Source: Octopus sinensis
Lineage: Eukaryota
Direction: 5' to 3'
Assembly: GCF_006345805.1 (NCBI RefSeq)
Contig: NC_043012.1
Location: 51,460,001 to 51,524,000, forward strand
Length of the DNA: 64,000 nt
The notes below the pieces were generated by a model. The model made no database searches, was not told the DNA's origin, and saw only the letters and a program-made list of their open reading frames with translations. Both the position numbers and the translations under genes were made by a program. This document shows positions 1-13,446 of this stretch, one piece after another. The stretch's first letter is position 1; each line of letters begins with the position of its first letter.

Positions 1-467
1 ATCACGTAAGAGTCTGAAAATCTTTTGTATTTCCGAATGCCATGCACTCTGTCATATTTAATCACGTAACAAAATATATATATTTATTATTCGTAAAGTT
101 TTTAGCACAGTTCAGCAAGAATTTTGCGTGTTCATATAACATAAGGGAATAATACTTGTCAGCTATATTGCATTCTTTTATTCTTTTATCGATGGAGATC
201 ATTGCATAGCAGCTATCTTGGGGCACAAGCTTGTATCATACTAGAACAGAATAAGTAACCGTGTTATTTCTTTTAATTTGGAATATTTTATAGACGTGTA
301 TTAATTGCAAGCCTAATATATATTTGTAATGGACTGAGGCGCATTTCAAAAAGCCTAACAACTTACCCAACGATAGACACGCATAAAATAATGCTGAAAT
401 TCGTGCTATATAATATAGTTCTATATTTACGAGATGAGAAATTATGTACATTATTTACATTATATAC

Positions 468-900
468 GGGCATATGGCTTAGTGTTTAAGAGTGCGGGCT
501 ACTATCCCCAAGATTCCGAGATTGATTCAAGGTAGTGACCTGAATAATAATAACAACAACAACAACAACAACAAGAATAATAATAATAATAATAATAATG
601 ATAGAGAAATAAATAGAAGAGTGCCATAGTTATCATGTGAAATTAGTTGAACGATATTTCGGCATCTAGCGTGCCTTACACAAGTTCAGAAATTACATGT
701 CGGTCTACTTCATTCGTTTTTTGTTATGATTATATGGACTGAGGTGACTCCTCCAGAAATGATATAGGAAAGAGAACCCAGGTTTGAAATTTCCCCAACA
801 CACCTGATGAAGGCTGGAAGGTATATCAGCCGAAAAGTTGTTTTAACAACAAACGAGATGAGGACAAATATCTGTCAAATGTAAATAATGTAAATAATGT
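468..900 (+). mobile_element. tRNA-headed SINE-like element with a hammerhead-like/PLE-type tail, interrupted
   Basis: tRNA-like head with A-box-like TGGCTTAGTG at 468-542, (AAT/AAC)n at 543-600, tail 765-900 with CTGATGA...CAGCCGAAA ending in TGTAAATAA repeats. Linking head and tail across about 160 bp of intervening sequence is inference from the recalled family structure. Confidence 0.55.
799..845 (+). ncRNA. Degenerate minimal type-I hammerhead-ribozyme-like motif
   Basis: CTGATGA 804-810, extra A, stem II GGCTG 812-816 / CAGCC 827-831, GAAA 832-835, then AGTT in place of CGTT. Stem I only partly pairs. Confidence 0.5.
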
Positions 901-3547
901 GTGTACTACATATTTTTACTTCTAACAGAAAATTTCCTTGTGTATTTTAGTACCTAAAATGCACACAAATTTTCTGTATTCTCTATAAGTTTAAAGGTAA
1001 ATGAAAAAGTATATTATAATTTCATTGTTTGGGGATTTATTCTTGGAAACGTTACATTTTTCTTTTTAATCTGAAAATTACTGCTGGTATATGTTCCGTA
1101 ATCTATTGGACGGAAATAATAGAGTTTCAGGTGTATATCTTCTTCAAATTAAAAAAAATGCAGTAGTTTAGAGAAGAATTCAGGTCTAGTGAGCGATTTA
1201 TCTACAAATTTCTGGGTTATTTTAGTAATATTGAATTACTTTGACTTCCAAAATACTATTGTTGCATCACTACTGTCGGGAGGAAGAGTTTCTTTCAGAT
1301 GCATACGAGTGGAAAATATCAAGAATTATCAGGTCTTCTTGCTTGTCAGTATACGCTGGATATGCTGTCAGTTTGTTCATTTTCATTCACAAACGTTTTT
1401 ATAGCATTTCATGATTGGGTACGACCCCTTGACATGCTTCCATCAGATTATCTAAACAGCCATTGAGAATTTGAGACGTTTCTTCGACCGTTTCTGGAAT
1501 TTTATTTTTGCAATAAATATTTCTATTTCCACTTGAGATACGACGGCAGCATGTGCGCGGCCGTTGATATATTAGGCTGTTTTTCGAGTTTTTTGCATGG
1601 ATTCCCGCTGTGCATTGCCTCTCTTTTCCAAACTTCTAAAACATATGTGATCTGAGAGGCTCATACATTCTCGAAAAATATATATCCATCACTAAAATAT
1701 TTACCGTTTTCCATGGTGTGATGGAATCATTACAAAATGGGTTTGAAACGAGATATAAATAAGTAGTTAACAGTACACATTCTCAGATCGAATGCCTTGT
1801 TGACACCTTCATCTCCAATATTAGTATTTAGTCTGTGCATATCTGCACACACACACACACACACACATACATACATACATACACACACACAAACACACAC
1901 ACATGTATGTGGGTTAGTATGAATGTATATACATATATATACGTCTTCTCTAATTGCATATATACACACACATATGCACTCACATGCGTTTCTATACACA
2001 CACATGCACAGAGAAAGACACGCGTGAATTCATCGGGTTTAAATTTTGGTAAATATGTTTTCGTTTTACCGTCTCCAAGATACATTCGTTTTAAGTATAT
2101 TCTCTGCAAATACTGTCACTCATTGTGCTATGTTCTCAATATCTCAATTTACATATTGTGTTTATATTATTTGTCATATTTGTAGTTGAAATTATACTTC
2201 TCTAAATAAAAACTAGCTATAGTGGGAATTTGGTGGCTGTAAGCTGGCTTGCCAATAATAGGCCCCGACGAATTGAACTACGACTTGTACGCATTGACGA
2301 AATTGGCAAGCTCTTGGCAGCAGCGGACTGTTGACCATTTCTCACGAATGTCCCTGGAGACATTACAGCCACCGCTTCTACGTCAAATTCCTCTACACGA
2401 GCTTCTTGGAATTGCTTAATAAGAACTCACCAGTATTCTGCCATCTACCGACTTTTAAAGATGTTGATGTACTCCTTCTAATTTGTATTGTATTCTTCCA
2501 CAAATAATTATTTAACTTTCAGAGAAAAATGAATTGGTGGAGTGTATTATTAGTGCTGTTTTCCTTCAATTTTTGCTGTTTTAATTTATTTTGATCTACA
2601 GCATTTCTTGAACAAGTTGGTGTTTCTACTGTTGTGACTTTGCGGTTTAATTGTATCATTGTTCATACTATTCGTGTTTCTTTAGTGTCTGCGAAATGAA
2701 TACCCAGGCTACGGGCGTTCCGACATCCTATGTAACTTAGTTTTTCTTTACTATTTAAATTCTTCTCTCTTCTGACTATCATTATCTACCCAATCCAGTT
2801 TTTTTTTCTCCCATTGATTGTATCTTAACATAAATTTCGACAGAGAGAACTTTGAAGAAGATGAGTGAAAAAGCTACTTCATGCTTGTGAATACGTGCCT
2901 CTTGGCATGATGATGCTCTTTGGGAAAAACATTCATTTACTGTCCACATCTCTAAACCCTTTTCTAATACATCGGATTTTGTTTAAGTGCCTGCAGCTGG
3001 TCTTCTAAATACTCTTAAAACTATGATAGACATTTTGTTGCTGTTGTTTTATAGCTGTTACTGCTATCGTTCTTCGTTGTTGTATCTGCGTGTATGCACG
3101 AAAATACTTCTCTTACCAAATTACCAAATGCAAATGAGACTGTAAATAATGGTTCATCCACCAAAAAGTATCACAGTAGGATAGAGAAATAAAATGTAAG
3201 TATTAATTAATGAATTAATGGCGGTTATCGAGCAAGCAAACAATGAAAATTTTGCAACATGCGAAAGAATATAATATATCGAGTATACCTCGTGGGTATA
3301 CTCACTATTTTATTGAGTTCGTATGTTGGCTTACCTAGTGGTGCATACACTCACGTGTGTGCATCTATTCACATAGTTATCTGAGATAGAATAGTTTTGG
3401 AATGTCTTACAAATCGTCACTGTGCAACTGATAGATAGGGTTTGGAGAATCCACGTCAGTTTCTTTTGCTATTCCTTAGAAAAACTGAGTATTACTTAGA
3501 TTTTATTCAAATGTGTATGTTTGCATTATTGAGATATGTCGAATCAT

Positions 3548-3600
<53 letters not shown>

Positions 3601-3915
3601 GGAGTACTCCGTCGGTTACGACGACGAGAGGCCCAGCTGACACGATCAACGGAACAGCTTGCTCGTGAAATTAACGTGCAAGTGATTGAGCAATCCACAG
3701 ACACATTTACATCTAACATAGTTCTCAGGGAGATTCAGCGTGACACTGAGTGTGACATGGTTGGCCCTTTGAAATGCAGGTACAACTCAGCCGAGTCGAC
3801 TGGAGCATCGTGAAATAAAGTGTCTTGCTCAAGGACGCAGCGCGTCGCCGGGAATTGAACTCGCGACCTTACAATCGTGAGCCGAATGCCGTAGCCACTA
3901 AGCCACACATCTTCA
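3601..3915 (-). mobile_element. tRNA-derived SINE, family C
   Basis: Minus-strand head TGTGGCTTAGTGG...GAGTTCAATTCCC (A and B boxes). The 3' half (CCTCGTCGTCGTAACCGACGG-type tail) is shared with the copy at 21721-22103. Flanked by (TA)n on both sides. Confidence 0.8.
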
Positions 3916-3916
3916 C

Positions 3917-4157
<241 letters not shown>

Positions 4158-6139
4158 CACAAGCATGGCAGTCAGTTTAGGACGCTCGCTTTTACACTCA
4201 CGGTATTTCCAGTTCCGTTACGTTACATATCTTATTACGCGTATGAATTCTGCTATGGTCCTGGGTTCAACACTGCTTATAGAAGGAATTTTGTACGCGG
4301 ATACTGAGAAAGCCCAAAAGATAAGTCATTTAATTGAGCATGTGGAAATGAATTAAGCAATAAATAATAGTGTGAGTACTTTGGGTCTATACCAACTTGG
4401 ATAGAGAAAAGATGAAATGTAATGGTGTGACTTTTTCCTTCCTAGCATCCTTTGCAACCATGAGATTTGTGCTAGCAACAAAACCAAAGTACCCTTTGTT
4501 TGATCTTCCATTTACTTTGATATTTTAATGTCACAACCTGAAAACTATGAGTAAATTTTTAATACAAATGAAGATGCTTTGAAAATTATATATCATTATA
4601 TGGTTGTGTACCGGTTGGAAGAAAATAAAGTTACTAAAATTACATTGATTTAATGTGTTGACAAATTCTTACACTTTAAAAGAAAATAATGCTCAAAAGT
4701 GAAACGAAGAATGCAAACGTGAAACTACTGCGAGTATGACTAATGTGCTACCGACTGTTACAAACAAAGCGGCGGGGATTCTGCTCTGATATTTATTCTC
4801 ACCATCGAAAATATTAGTATGCTTACATTTAAAAGATGAGGAGGAGGCACCGAGAACTATATGATCTCATATCTAAAAAAAAATCAGAGATGACTTTTTA
4901 TTTCTTAGCAATCCAGATATTATTAAAGTTTTGAATTTTAAAATTACAGTTATTTTACTTATTTGAAAATTATAGCAAATCACTAACGAAAATAAGTTTC
5001 CATTTGTTGGTGAATATAGTTTAAACTGAAATTCATAATACTCGTTCTCAAGCTTAGATTGTATATAAGTATTAAAAAAAAAATAAACGATAAACAATAG
5101 AAGAAGCAGTGAAAGCACCAATCGATTGGAAGACAGAGGCTGCAATTCTCTAAAAGGAAGGGAGTGTCAGCAAGACACGTAAAAATTGTTTAGGAAAATA
5201 GATAAAAAGTGAGATAAGAAAATAAATTAAAACGAAAAAAATAAACGAAATGAAAAGAAACTTTTTTAAAAAATATTATCGCAGTGTAGAGACAACGAAA
5301 GGCAAAAAACCGTAAGATGTAAAGGAAAGAAACTAAGGGAAAATTTGGAAGGAATGAGGAGGAAGAGGAAAGAAGATATCGTCAAACTTTTCATTAATCT
5401 GCAAAGACAAAACATAAAAACGGATGTATTTTGAACTCACCAACTGAGGGAAGGAAGGAAGGAAAGGAGGAGAAAAGTGTCATACACAGCTATTTACAAC
5501 CGTGTGAGTGGGTGCGTGTTACATAATATCATATTATTAAAATACCACTTATCGTTAGCCTTCCAAGTATAACTTAATCTCATTTAAAACTTGAAAACAT
5601 ATCTGCGAAATTTTATTATATTTAAAACATATGCGTCAAGAGAAATAGGTGTACGATTAATAACACACAACTTGTCAATTACCAATTTATATTTCCACCA
5701 AAACTTTTCATACGTTTTATATTCTTGAATACATATTTATGATATAATTAATTTTACATTATGTAAAGTTCTTAATGTTCTTGCAAACAAAATTCTTTTT
5801 GTTTAAAATGTTTACCATATATTTATGCAGAATTATAAAAGGCATCAGCTGAACAGGGTAATGTTCCAGCAGTGAATACACGCTCAAATACTCGGCTATA
5901 TACGCACAAAACAATTTCCTGAGCATACATCGACATGGTCATATGTGTACGACCGTGTGTGTGTGTGTGTAAATGTATATTTGTGTGTATGTGAAGTACA
6001 CTCTGAAGACCTCAACTGCTCACTTCCACCAACGGCATTTTCTCAGGTTCTGATGTTATGTATGCTCAGATTGTTTAGAGTTGGGGCTTGAATTTCTCAT
6101 AATAGGGTTATTAGTACAAGAGTGGTTGTGTGGTAAGTA

Positions 6140-6306
6140 GGCGCAGGAGTGGGTATGTGTTAAGTAGCTCGATTACCAACCACATGGTTCCGGGTTCAGT
6201 CCCACTGCGTGGCACCTTGAGCAAATGTCTTCAACTATAGCCCCGGGCCGACAAAAGCCTTCAAACTGGATTTGGTAGACGGAAACTGAAAGAAGCCCAT
6301 CGTATA

Positions 6307-6350
<44 letters not shown>

Positions 6351-6575
6351 TGTTTGTATATGCTTGTGTGTCTGTGTTTGTCCCCCCCCCAACATCGCTT
6401 GACAACCGATGCTGGTGTGTTTACGTCCCCGTAACTTAGCGTTTCTGCAAAAGGGACGGATAGAATAAGTACTAGGCTTACAAGGAGTAATTTCTGTGGT
6501 CGATTTGCTCGACTAAAGGTGGTGCTCCAGCATGGCCACAGTCAAATGACTGAAACAAGTAAAAGAGTAAAGAGA
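6140..6575 (+). mobile_element. tRNA-derived SINE, family A (central microsatellite)
   Basis: Head GGCGCAGGAGTGG...GGGTTCAGTCCC, internal (TA)n, tail GACTGAAACAAGTAAAAGAG. Homologous to at least 7 other copies in this window. A partial duplicate of the head lies at 6118-6139. Confidence 0.9.
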
Positions 6576-6709
6576 GAGAGAGAGTGAGGACAGAGTAAAC
6601 CATAGTAGAGTATGCCAGTTTGTCCACCTTTCATATATAAGTGAAATAAATATTTTTAATCGTTTTGAAATAGTTATCAATACACGATGATTTCCAAATT
6701 CTGTGTTTT

Positions 6710-6935
6710 TAGAAATACTGGTTTCAAATTTTGGCGCAACACCAGTAGGTTCGGGTAGAGGATATACGTCCAGAATATCGACCCCAGTATTCAACTGGTA
6801 CTTATTTTATCGACTTCTCAAAAGATGAATTGTAAAGTCGACGTGCGTGAAATTTGAACCGCGAGCGCAAAGACGGGCGAAATGCTACTAAGCATTTTAC
6901 TTAGCATGCTAATATTTCTGTCTGTTCACCGCCTT
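6710..6935 (-). mobile_element. tRNA-derived SINE, family B (diverged)
   Basis: Shares the AAGGCGG head and the ATCGACCCCAGT...AACTGGTACTT core with the copies at 7125-7909, 16612-16823 and 17917-18146. Confidence 0.75.
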
Positions 6936-7124
6936 ATGTTTCTAGAAATATCAACACAAGATATTAATTTGCCCATAATTCAAATAGTATGTTCATTATT
7001 GTTCGACAATATTTTGAAAATTAATCCATGCATTAATATCGTAATATAAAATAAATATATAAAACTCTATTGGCTAATGTCCTCTGTTGATAGAGTAAAT
7101 CTTTGGTGACAGTCAGCCTATTCT

Positions 7125-7909
7125 TATTTCTTTATTGCTCACAAAGGGCTAAACATAGAGGGGACACACAAGGACAGAAAAAAGGATTAAATCGATTACA
7201 TCGACCCCAGTGCGTAACTGGTACTTAATTTATCGACCTCGAAAGGACGAAAGGCATTGTCGACCTCGGCGGAATTTGTACTCAGAACGTAACGACAGGC
7301 GAAATACCTATTTCTTTCCTACCCACAAGGGGCTAAACACGGAGGGGACAAGCAAAGATAGACAAAAGGATTAAATTGATTACATCAACCCCAGTGCGTA
7401 ACTGGTACTTAATTTATCGACCTCGAAAGTACGAAAGGCATTGTCGACCACGGCGGAATTTGAACTCAGAACGTAACGACAGACGAAATACATATTTCTT
7501 TACTACCCACAAGGGGCTAAACACAGAGGGGACAAACAAGGACAGACAAACGGATTAAGTCGATTACATCAACCACATTGCGTACCTGGTATTTAATTTA
7601 TCGACCCCGACAGAATGAAAGGCAAAGTCGACCTCGGCGGAATTTGAACTCAGAACGTAACGGCAGACGAAATACCTATTTCTTAACTACCCACAAGGGG
7701 CTACACACAGAAGGGACAAACAAGGACAGACAAACGGATTAAGTCGATAATATCGACCCCAGTGCCTAACTGGTACTTATTTAATCGACCCCGAAAGGAT
7801 GAAAGGCAAAGTCAACCTCGGCGGAATTTGAACTCAGAACGTAGCGGCAGACGAAATACCGCTAAGCATTTCGCCCGGCGTGCTAACGATTCTGCCAACT
7901 CACCGCCTT
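7125..7909 (-). repeat. Tandem array of family B SINE: four 184-bp units plus one head
   Basis: Unit starts (TATT) at 7125, 7309, 7493 and 7677 give a period of exactly 184 bp. A single A-box head lies at 7861-7909; each unit keeps the B-box-like GAGTTCAAATTCC. Confidence 0.95.
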
Positions 7910-8099
7910 CATTAAATATTGTCTTTCTCGTGAATTGCTGGAGACAAGTTACACTATATTCAATAAAATAAAAATTGTCGGAATAAGCCACGACTGGAAA
8001 GAATTTGATCATAGAACATCTCAATAAGATCTGACGTAGGTAATGAGAATCAATGAATCAAAATAATTGGATACAAAAGAGATGTATTTTTAAACGATA

Positions 8100-8290
8100 A
8101 AGTAAAGTTTCTGGCATACTCGAATGAGCAAGGGATTACCCTCAAATTTTAAGGCTTTTAATATCTCAGTCCAAATCCCATCCTCCCCATCGGCCTTCAT
8201 ACGTTTGAGCGCTTTAATTACTTCTATGACTTCACCGTTTGTGAGGTTAGCATTCACACGCAGATGCGTCTCGTTTTCGCCAGAAGATTT
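8100..8290 (-). pseudogene. Old LINE (RTE-like) fragment from the region just upstream of the RT core
   Basis: Minus strand translates to LTNGEVIEVIKALKRMKADGEDGIWTEILKALKFEGNPLLIRVCQ, matching the EVxKAIKxLKxGKAxGxDGIxxEMLK pattern of LINE ORF2. Confidence 0.65.
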
Positions 8291-10435
8291 GATTGTGAAT
8301 TTTAGTGATCAACAAATATCTCACGGGTTTGTATTCGTGAGTTCTGGAAAACAGGGGAAATAACTGAGTGTTAGAATTGCAGATGCTGGGAGAGTGATGT
8401 ACCAGCATCTGCTTTCGAACTCAAACTCACTACACTTCAGTTTGTTTCTCGTGCATATCACAGTCTATATTCACGAACGTTGGATGATGTTGAAAACAAT
8501 CTGGTCGCAGATTCAAACGTCTGAAAGAGATTGCCTCCGCACTATCACTTCATTAAAGTTACTCTAAAGTCTGCGAAGCTCAGGAACGAGGAAGGTTCTC
8601 TAGGTCAAGTGATTGAGAGGACACACGTCCGGAACAACGGACTTGTTGCCAGAAAATATCGCATTATTCTTCCAGCTGTGGCAGCCTGATGGATGTCTTA
8701 TGGTATACCAAGAGCAAGGTGCTTGAATAATATCATATTGTCCCAGTAGGACTCACCGAAAAGTATAATGTTGGTTAATTCTCACAGGATACATGTAGGA
8801 GATGTCTGGGGAATCTAACTACCAGACACTCACAGAAATAGTTGTTAGAAAATATGGATAATAGGATGGAGGCAAATACAATACAAGATTTTTGCTTCAT
8901 TTTTGGTGAATACCGAACCGTCTTTACGTCACAGGAACTGCAAATTAATGTAAAGCTGTGAAAGTAACATATTCCTATGTCACTTATCCTGACATAAAGT
9001 AATTTTACGCAATGAAAAGGAACCAATAACCGTATAAAAAGAAACGATTGGATTGCCTTCAACTGACAACCTTTGAATTAATGGTGAGTCTCAATCAATG
9101 AAACAGGATTATGTTTATACTGTTCTCTCTGTATCATCTTCTATGGGTGTCGGAAATAATTACATTATACTTCTTTGCACAGAGTTGTATAAGGGATATG
9201 TTTTGTTGCATATTTTATATTCAATTACTACATGCCCATAAACATTTATACAAACATTCAGATGGATACAGATACAGATACATATATACATGCAAGTGTT
9301 CACATAGTTATGCAGTATATGCACACGCGTGCGCATGCACATACACGGACGCACGCACACATACACACACTCACATACACACACATAAAAATAGTACAAT
9401 TTTTGAATGTATGCACATATATTTGTATGTGACGGTATTGTAGTATTTTTGTGTATTTGTCTATATAGTTTTATTAGCGTCTTGAAGTAATTCAATTATG
9501 AATACATGCTGGTTGAAAAGTTATTCGTAGAATTAATATAGAAAGTTCCATTCCAACGAATTAATATGTAAGAAAAGAAAACGTTTTCTAGGATTATTTC
9601 ACATTAATTTATATTGGTAATTACATGTTCTATCTTTGTTAGGACAGTGGATGTGTTGATGGGGCAGTGACGATGACATTTACGAAATTACTCAAGTATT
9701 TTCCCATTGTTTTCTACAATTCCGACAATATTTGTGTTAGATATATGGCGCCAATAGAAGAGCAGAGATTGTGCAAGCAGAGTCGGTTAAAGACCCCACT
9801 CCTTTGCAAAGATTGATATGAACCGAATAAGAAATTACAGAATAATAAACATTTAAAAGAATAATCTCTTGACTTGAACAAAAATAAAATAATAATGTAA
9901 TTTTCCCTGCTTTCAGTTTCTTCTTCTCTTTTATATACTTGCAATATCATCATCATCTTCATGAGGTCAATTTTGATTTTATTCTCTTCTAAACAGAAAG
10001 GAAAATAGAAATTTGTACATAGCATGAATATAGAAGATGCGCGTAGATCAGGAAGGTTATATGCGTTGTAGATTAAACCTGGAATTCAGATGACACGTGT
10101 CAAATAGTATTTAGATCAATATATCTGAGGAGAAGCGGGCAAAGGATTGAGAGACAATGGATTTCGATCGACATTTCAAAAGACTTGTGGATGACAGATT
10201 GCCAAACAAATCTTATCAATGTGAATTGTTATAACTTCATTGTTAAATCTTCGTGGATATAAATACATGTAGACACATACTTGTGGACGAAATATGTATG
10301 CACGTATACAAACATGTGTGTGTCTGTTTCTGTGTATGTTTCTATACACACACACACTCACTCACACACACACCCACACACCCACATATATATATATATA
10401 TATTACATATTATGTATATATATATAGCATATATA

Positions 10436-10467
<32 letters not shown>

Positions 10468-11159
10468 AATATATATACATACATACATACATACATACAT
10501 GACACGACTGTATTCCATACTGTATGAACAACACATTTTTTCGTATTGAGTTATCAGTTTTTATGTTCAATTTTGAACGATACCGTTTCTAATATTAATG
10601 TTTAGGATCTTCACATGCAAATAATAAAATATGTAAATCAAATATTGATAACGATGTGTGCGCGCGAATATATCAACATATTGCATATATTTATGCACAC
10701 ACACACACACACACACACACATACATACACACACATAAAGGTAAAATCCAAGATTCAATGTGTCCGAAGTTAGGAAGCTTCGAGTAGTCCGCAGAAGGTA
10801 TAAAATAAATAAACGACAACTTTCAGAGGCGATAGTCGTTTATAGAATAAGAATGTTGTGAATTTTTCCCCTATCCAACGTCGATAAACTGATAAAAGTT
10901 ATTTTATAGTTTACGTTTAGCAGCTGGGGTTGCTGTCCATGCGAATTAATATCCAAAATTAGGAAATGGAGTAAATAACTACTCCATTCTTTAATTTGGG
11001 GTATAAGTGTGTGTAGAGGTGTGTACGCGTGTGTGTGTGTCGGTGTGGGCATGTGTGCGTGTGATACATACATACATACATACATACATACATACATACA
11101 TACATACATACATACATACATACATACGTACATACTACGTATATTCATTCATACATACA

Positions 11160-11894
11160 GGCATTGATCATGAAAGCAATCTGTCATGGATCGATCAATA
11201 GCCGGTTTAAAGGGTATGCGTTTGAAATCCACGAACAGGAAATATCAACCAAATACCTGATGCACAAACGAGATAGAGGACCAGCAAAAACAGAAAATGT
11301 GACAACCTATGCAGACTTTGTGGAGTTCACACTGAAGATATCACCCACATCATAAGCAGTTGTCCGAAAATGTTATCACGATATTATCTACCGATGAGGC
11401 ATGATGTTGCAGCTAAAACACTCTGCATATAATGAAATCCGTAGGAAGGATAACCCCGAGGACAAAGAAATAAGAACCCACAGTATGGTAGAAGCCATAG
11501 ACACATATAATAAAAAGGAGTACTGGTTGAATGCAAGCACAACATCCCTGATACAATGATTTGGGATAGAGAAGAGAAATTTTGTACTGAAGAGGAGTGA
11601 AAAAGAGAATACATATGCTGGATTATAAGGAAATCATCAGTTATATTATCCAGAGTATAAACCCAAGTTCGGGCTTATACCTGTAATTATTGGGGCGCTG
11701 TGCTATGTAACGCACTGCTTAAACACCAATCTTGAAAAAGTAGGCTTCTTAAACCAGAACGTAGAAAGCTAATTCGAAGAATACAGATCCAATCCATCTG
11801 TGGGACTGAAAAATTTGCAAAAGTTTCCAGTAGTTTACCATTTAAATACATACATACATACATACATACATACATACATACATACATACATACA

Positions 11895-11926
<32 letters not shown>

Positions 11927-12150
11927 CATACATATATATATATATAAGCATGTATAGATGTGCAACTTTATGCATGAGGATACGTACATAAAACAAAACA
12001 TACAAATCTGCTTATATACATACACACAAAAACGTACCGTGTTGATGCTGGAATTCCAATGAAGGAGCCTTAGATTTAGGTTAGAAACCAGCTCTTTCTC
12101 TATTGTCAAAAATGTTGAAATAAAACGGAATAATGACATTCATACATACA
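11160..12150 (+). mobile_element. 5'-truncated R4/Dong-like non-LTR retrotransposon (CCHC plus restriction-like endonuclease, 3' UTR)
   Basis: Frameshifted coding remnant: FKGYAFEIHEQEISTKYL, CRLCGVHTEDITHIISSCPK (CCHC knuckle, from 11310), RHD at 11397-11405, HNIPDTMIWDREEK (PD motif), IPVIIGAL. Bordered by (TACA)n. Confidence 0.8.
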
Positions 12151-13311
12151 TAGATGTCCGTTATTAGTATTAGACAGAAAATAATATCTAATAATCTTCC
12201 CAGAAATTAGACTACTTATAGATAAGAATTAATTTCTAAAAGTCAATAAAATGTTATTGAATTCCACTATGTTTACGAGGGAATCTTTTTATTTGGGCAT
12301 TTACTCCAAACTTAGAGACCTTTCAGTGTGACGTATTGAAGCATTCTTTATGCTGTCCTCTGCTTTAAAGTCTTAATTAATTTTCTAGGCTCAGATTCTA
12401 TGTCCCAAATTAACAAATTTCCTTTAGACATGAAGGTGGAGTTAAGGTAACCAATGCTGCAATACACATTTTAGTCATCTAATGCATAGACCTTTCTGAT
12501 ACATAAGAATGTATTAAGAATAAAATGTAATTTGCTGAATGCGTATAGTTAGACAAGGTGCTCATGGGCCCAGGATAATTTGAAATAAATGCGGAATATC
12601 GAATGTTGAACCATTTCTACAACTGCATACTGTTTATGTTAATCTACAGACTACCAGCGGGCTTATATGATGCTGCTTGATCTGCTAAAATTTGTATTAA
12701 AATTTCCGTCTAATCATATTCCACAACGTTACACACAGCCGTAAACATTAGATAATGAATAATTCATTCATACGTTTAAGTCATATTGGAATCATGTAGA
12801 ATGGATCTGATGATAACACTGACAAGTCAGACTTCATCACTGTGAAAGCAAAAATGTACAACTGGAGAATATATTAAAGTACGATATTGAAATGCTATGT
12901 CTTATTGTGTATTAATTTTAATTGGAGAATTTGATTATAATGAATGAAAGTTACATTAATAAATACTTGAGTATTTTTATAACAACATTTATGGCGATCT
13001 TCACCAACGTATATAGTTCTGCGTCAATGATATTCTACCTATCGGTTTTCTGTAGTAAATTAATGATGGGGCAGCTTACTCGGTTTAATTTTTTTTTTCA
13101 AATAGTAAGTCTTGAAGTTATCAGTGAATTTACCGAGCTATTTCCAAGTTATTTTCCTATTTTTGTTATCTAAACTTGATTAATATTGTTTACATATTTT
13201 GATTTTAGTATAAATGAATACGTTTCTTTACGAGCACACACTTATGGATGCAATCATACTACACACACTCATTACATATATCTACATAAATTCATACAGA
13301 CTCACACACAA

Positions 13312-13314
<3 letters not shown>

Positions 13315-13361
<47 letters not shown>

Positions 13362-13374
13362 ATATGTTATGTCC

Positions 13375-13445
<71 letters not shown>
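13315..13445. repeat. Compound (TA)n/(TAT)n microsatellite
   Basis: Directly visible. Confidence 0.95.

Positions 13446-13446
<1 letters not shown>

Noticed and set aside
900-1750. Possible pogo/Tigger transposase remnant on the minus strand (LIILDIFH, LPPD)
   Set aside because: Only two short weak motifs, many stops and no TIRs.
6140-6215. tRNA-like sequences at SINE heads
   Set aside because: A/B boxes are present but there is no complete cloverleaf, and each continues into a SINE body; not called as tRNA genes.
7125-7860. Regular 184-bp repeats as a CRISPR-like array
   Set aside because: Whole units repeat with no unique spacers, the context is eukaryotic, and the units are SINE bodies.
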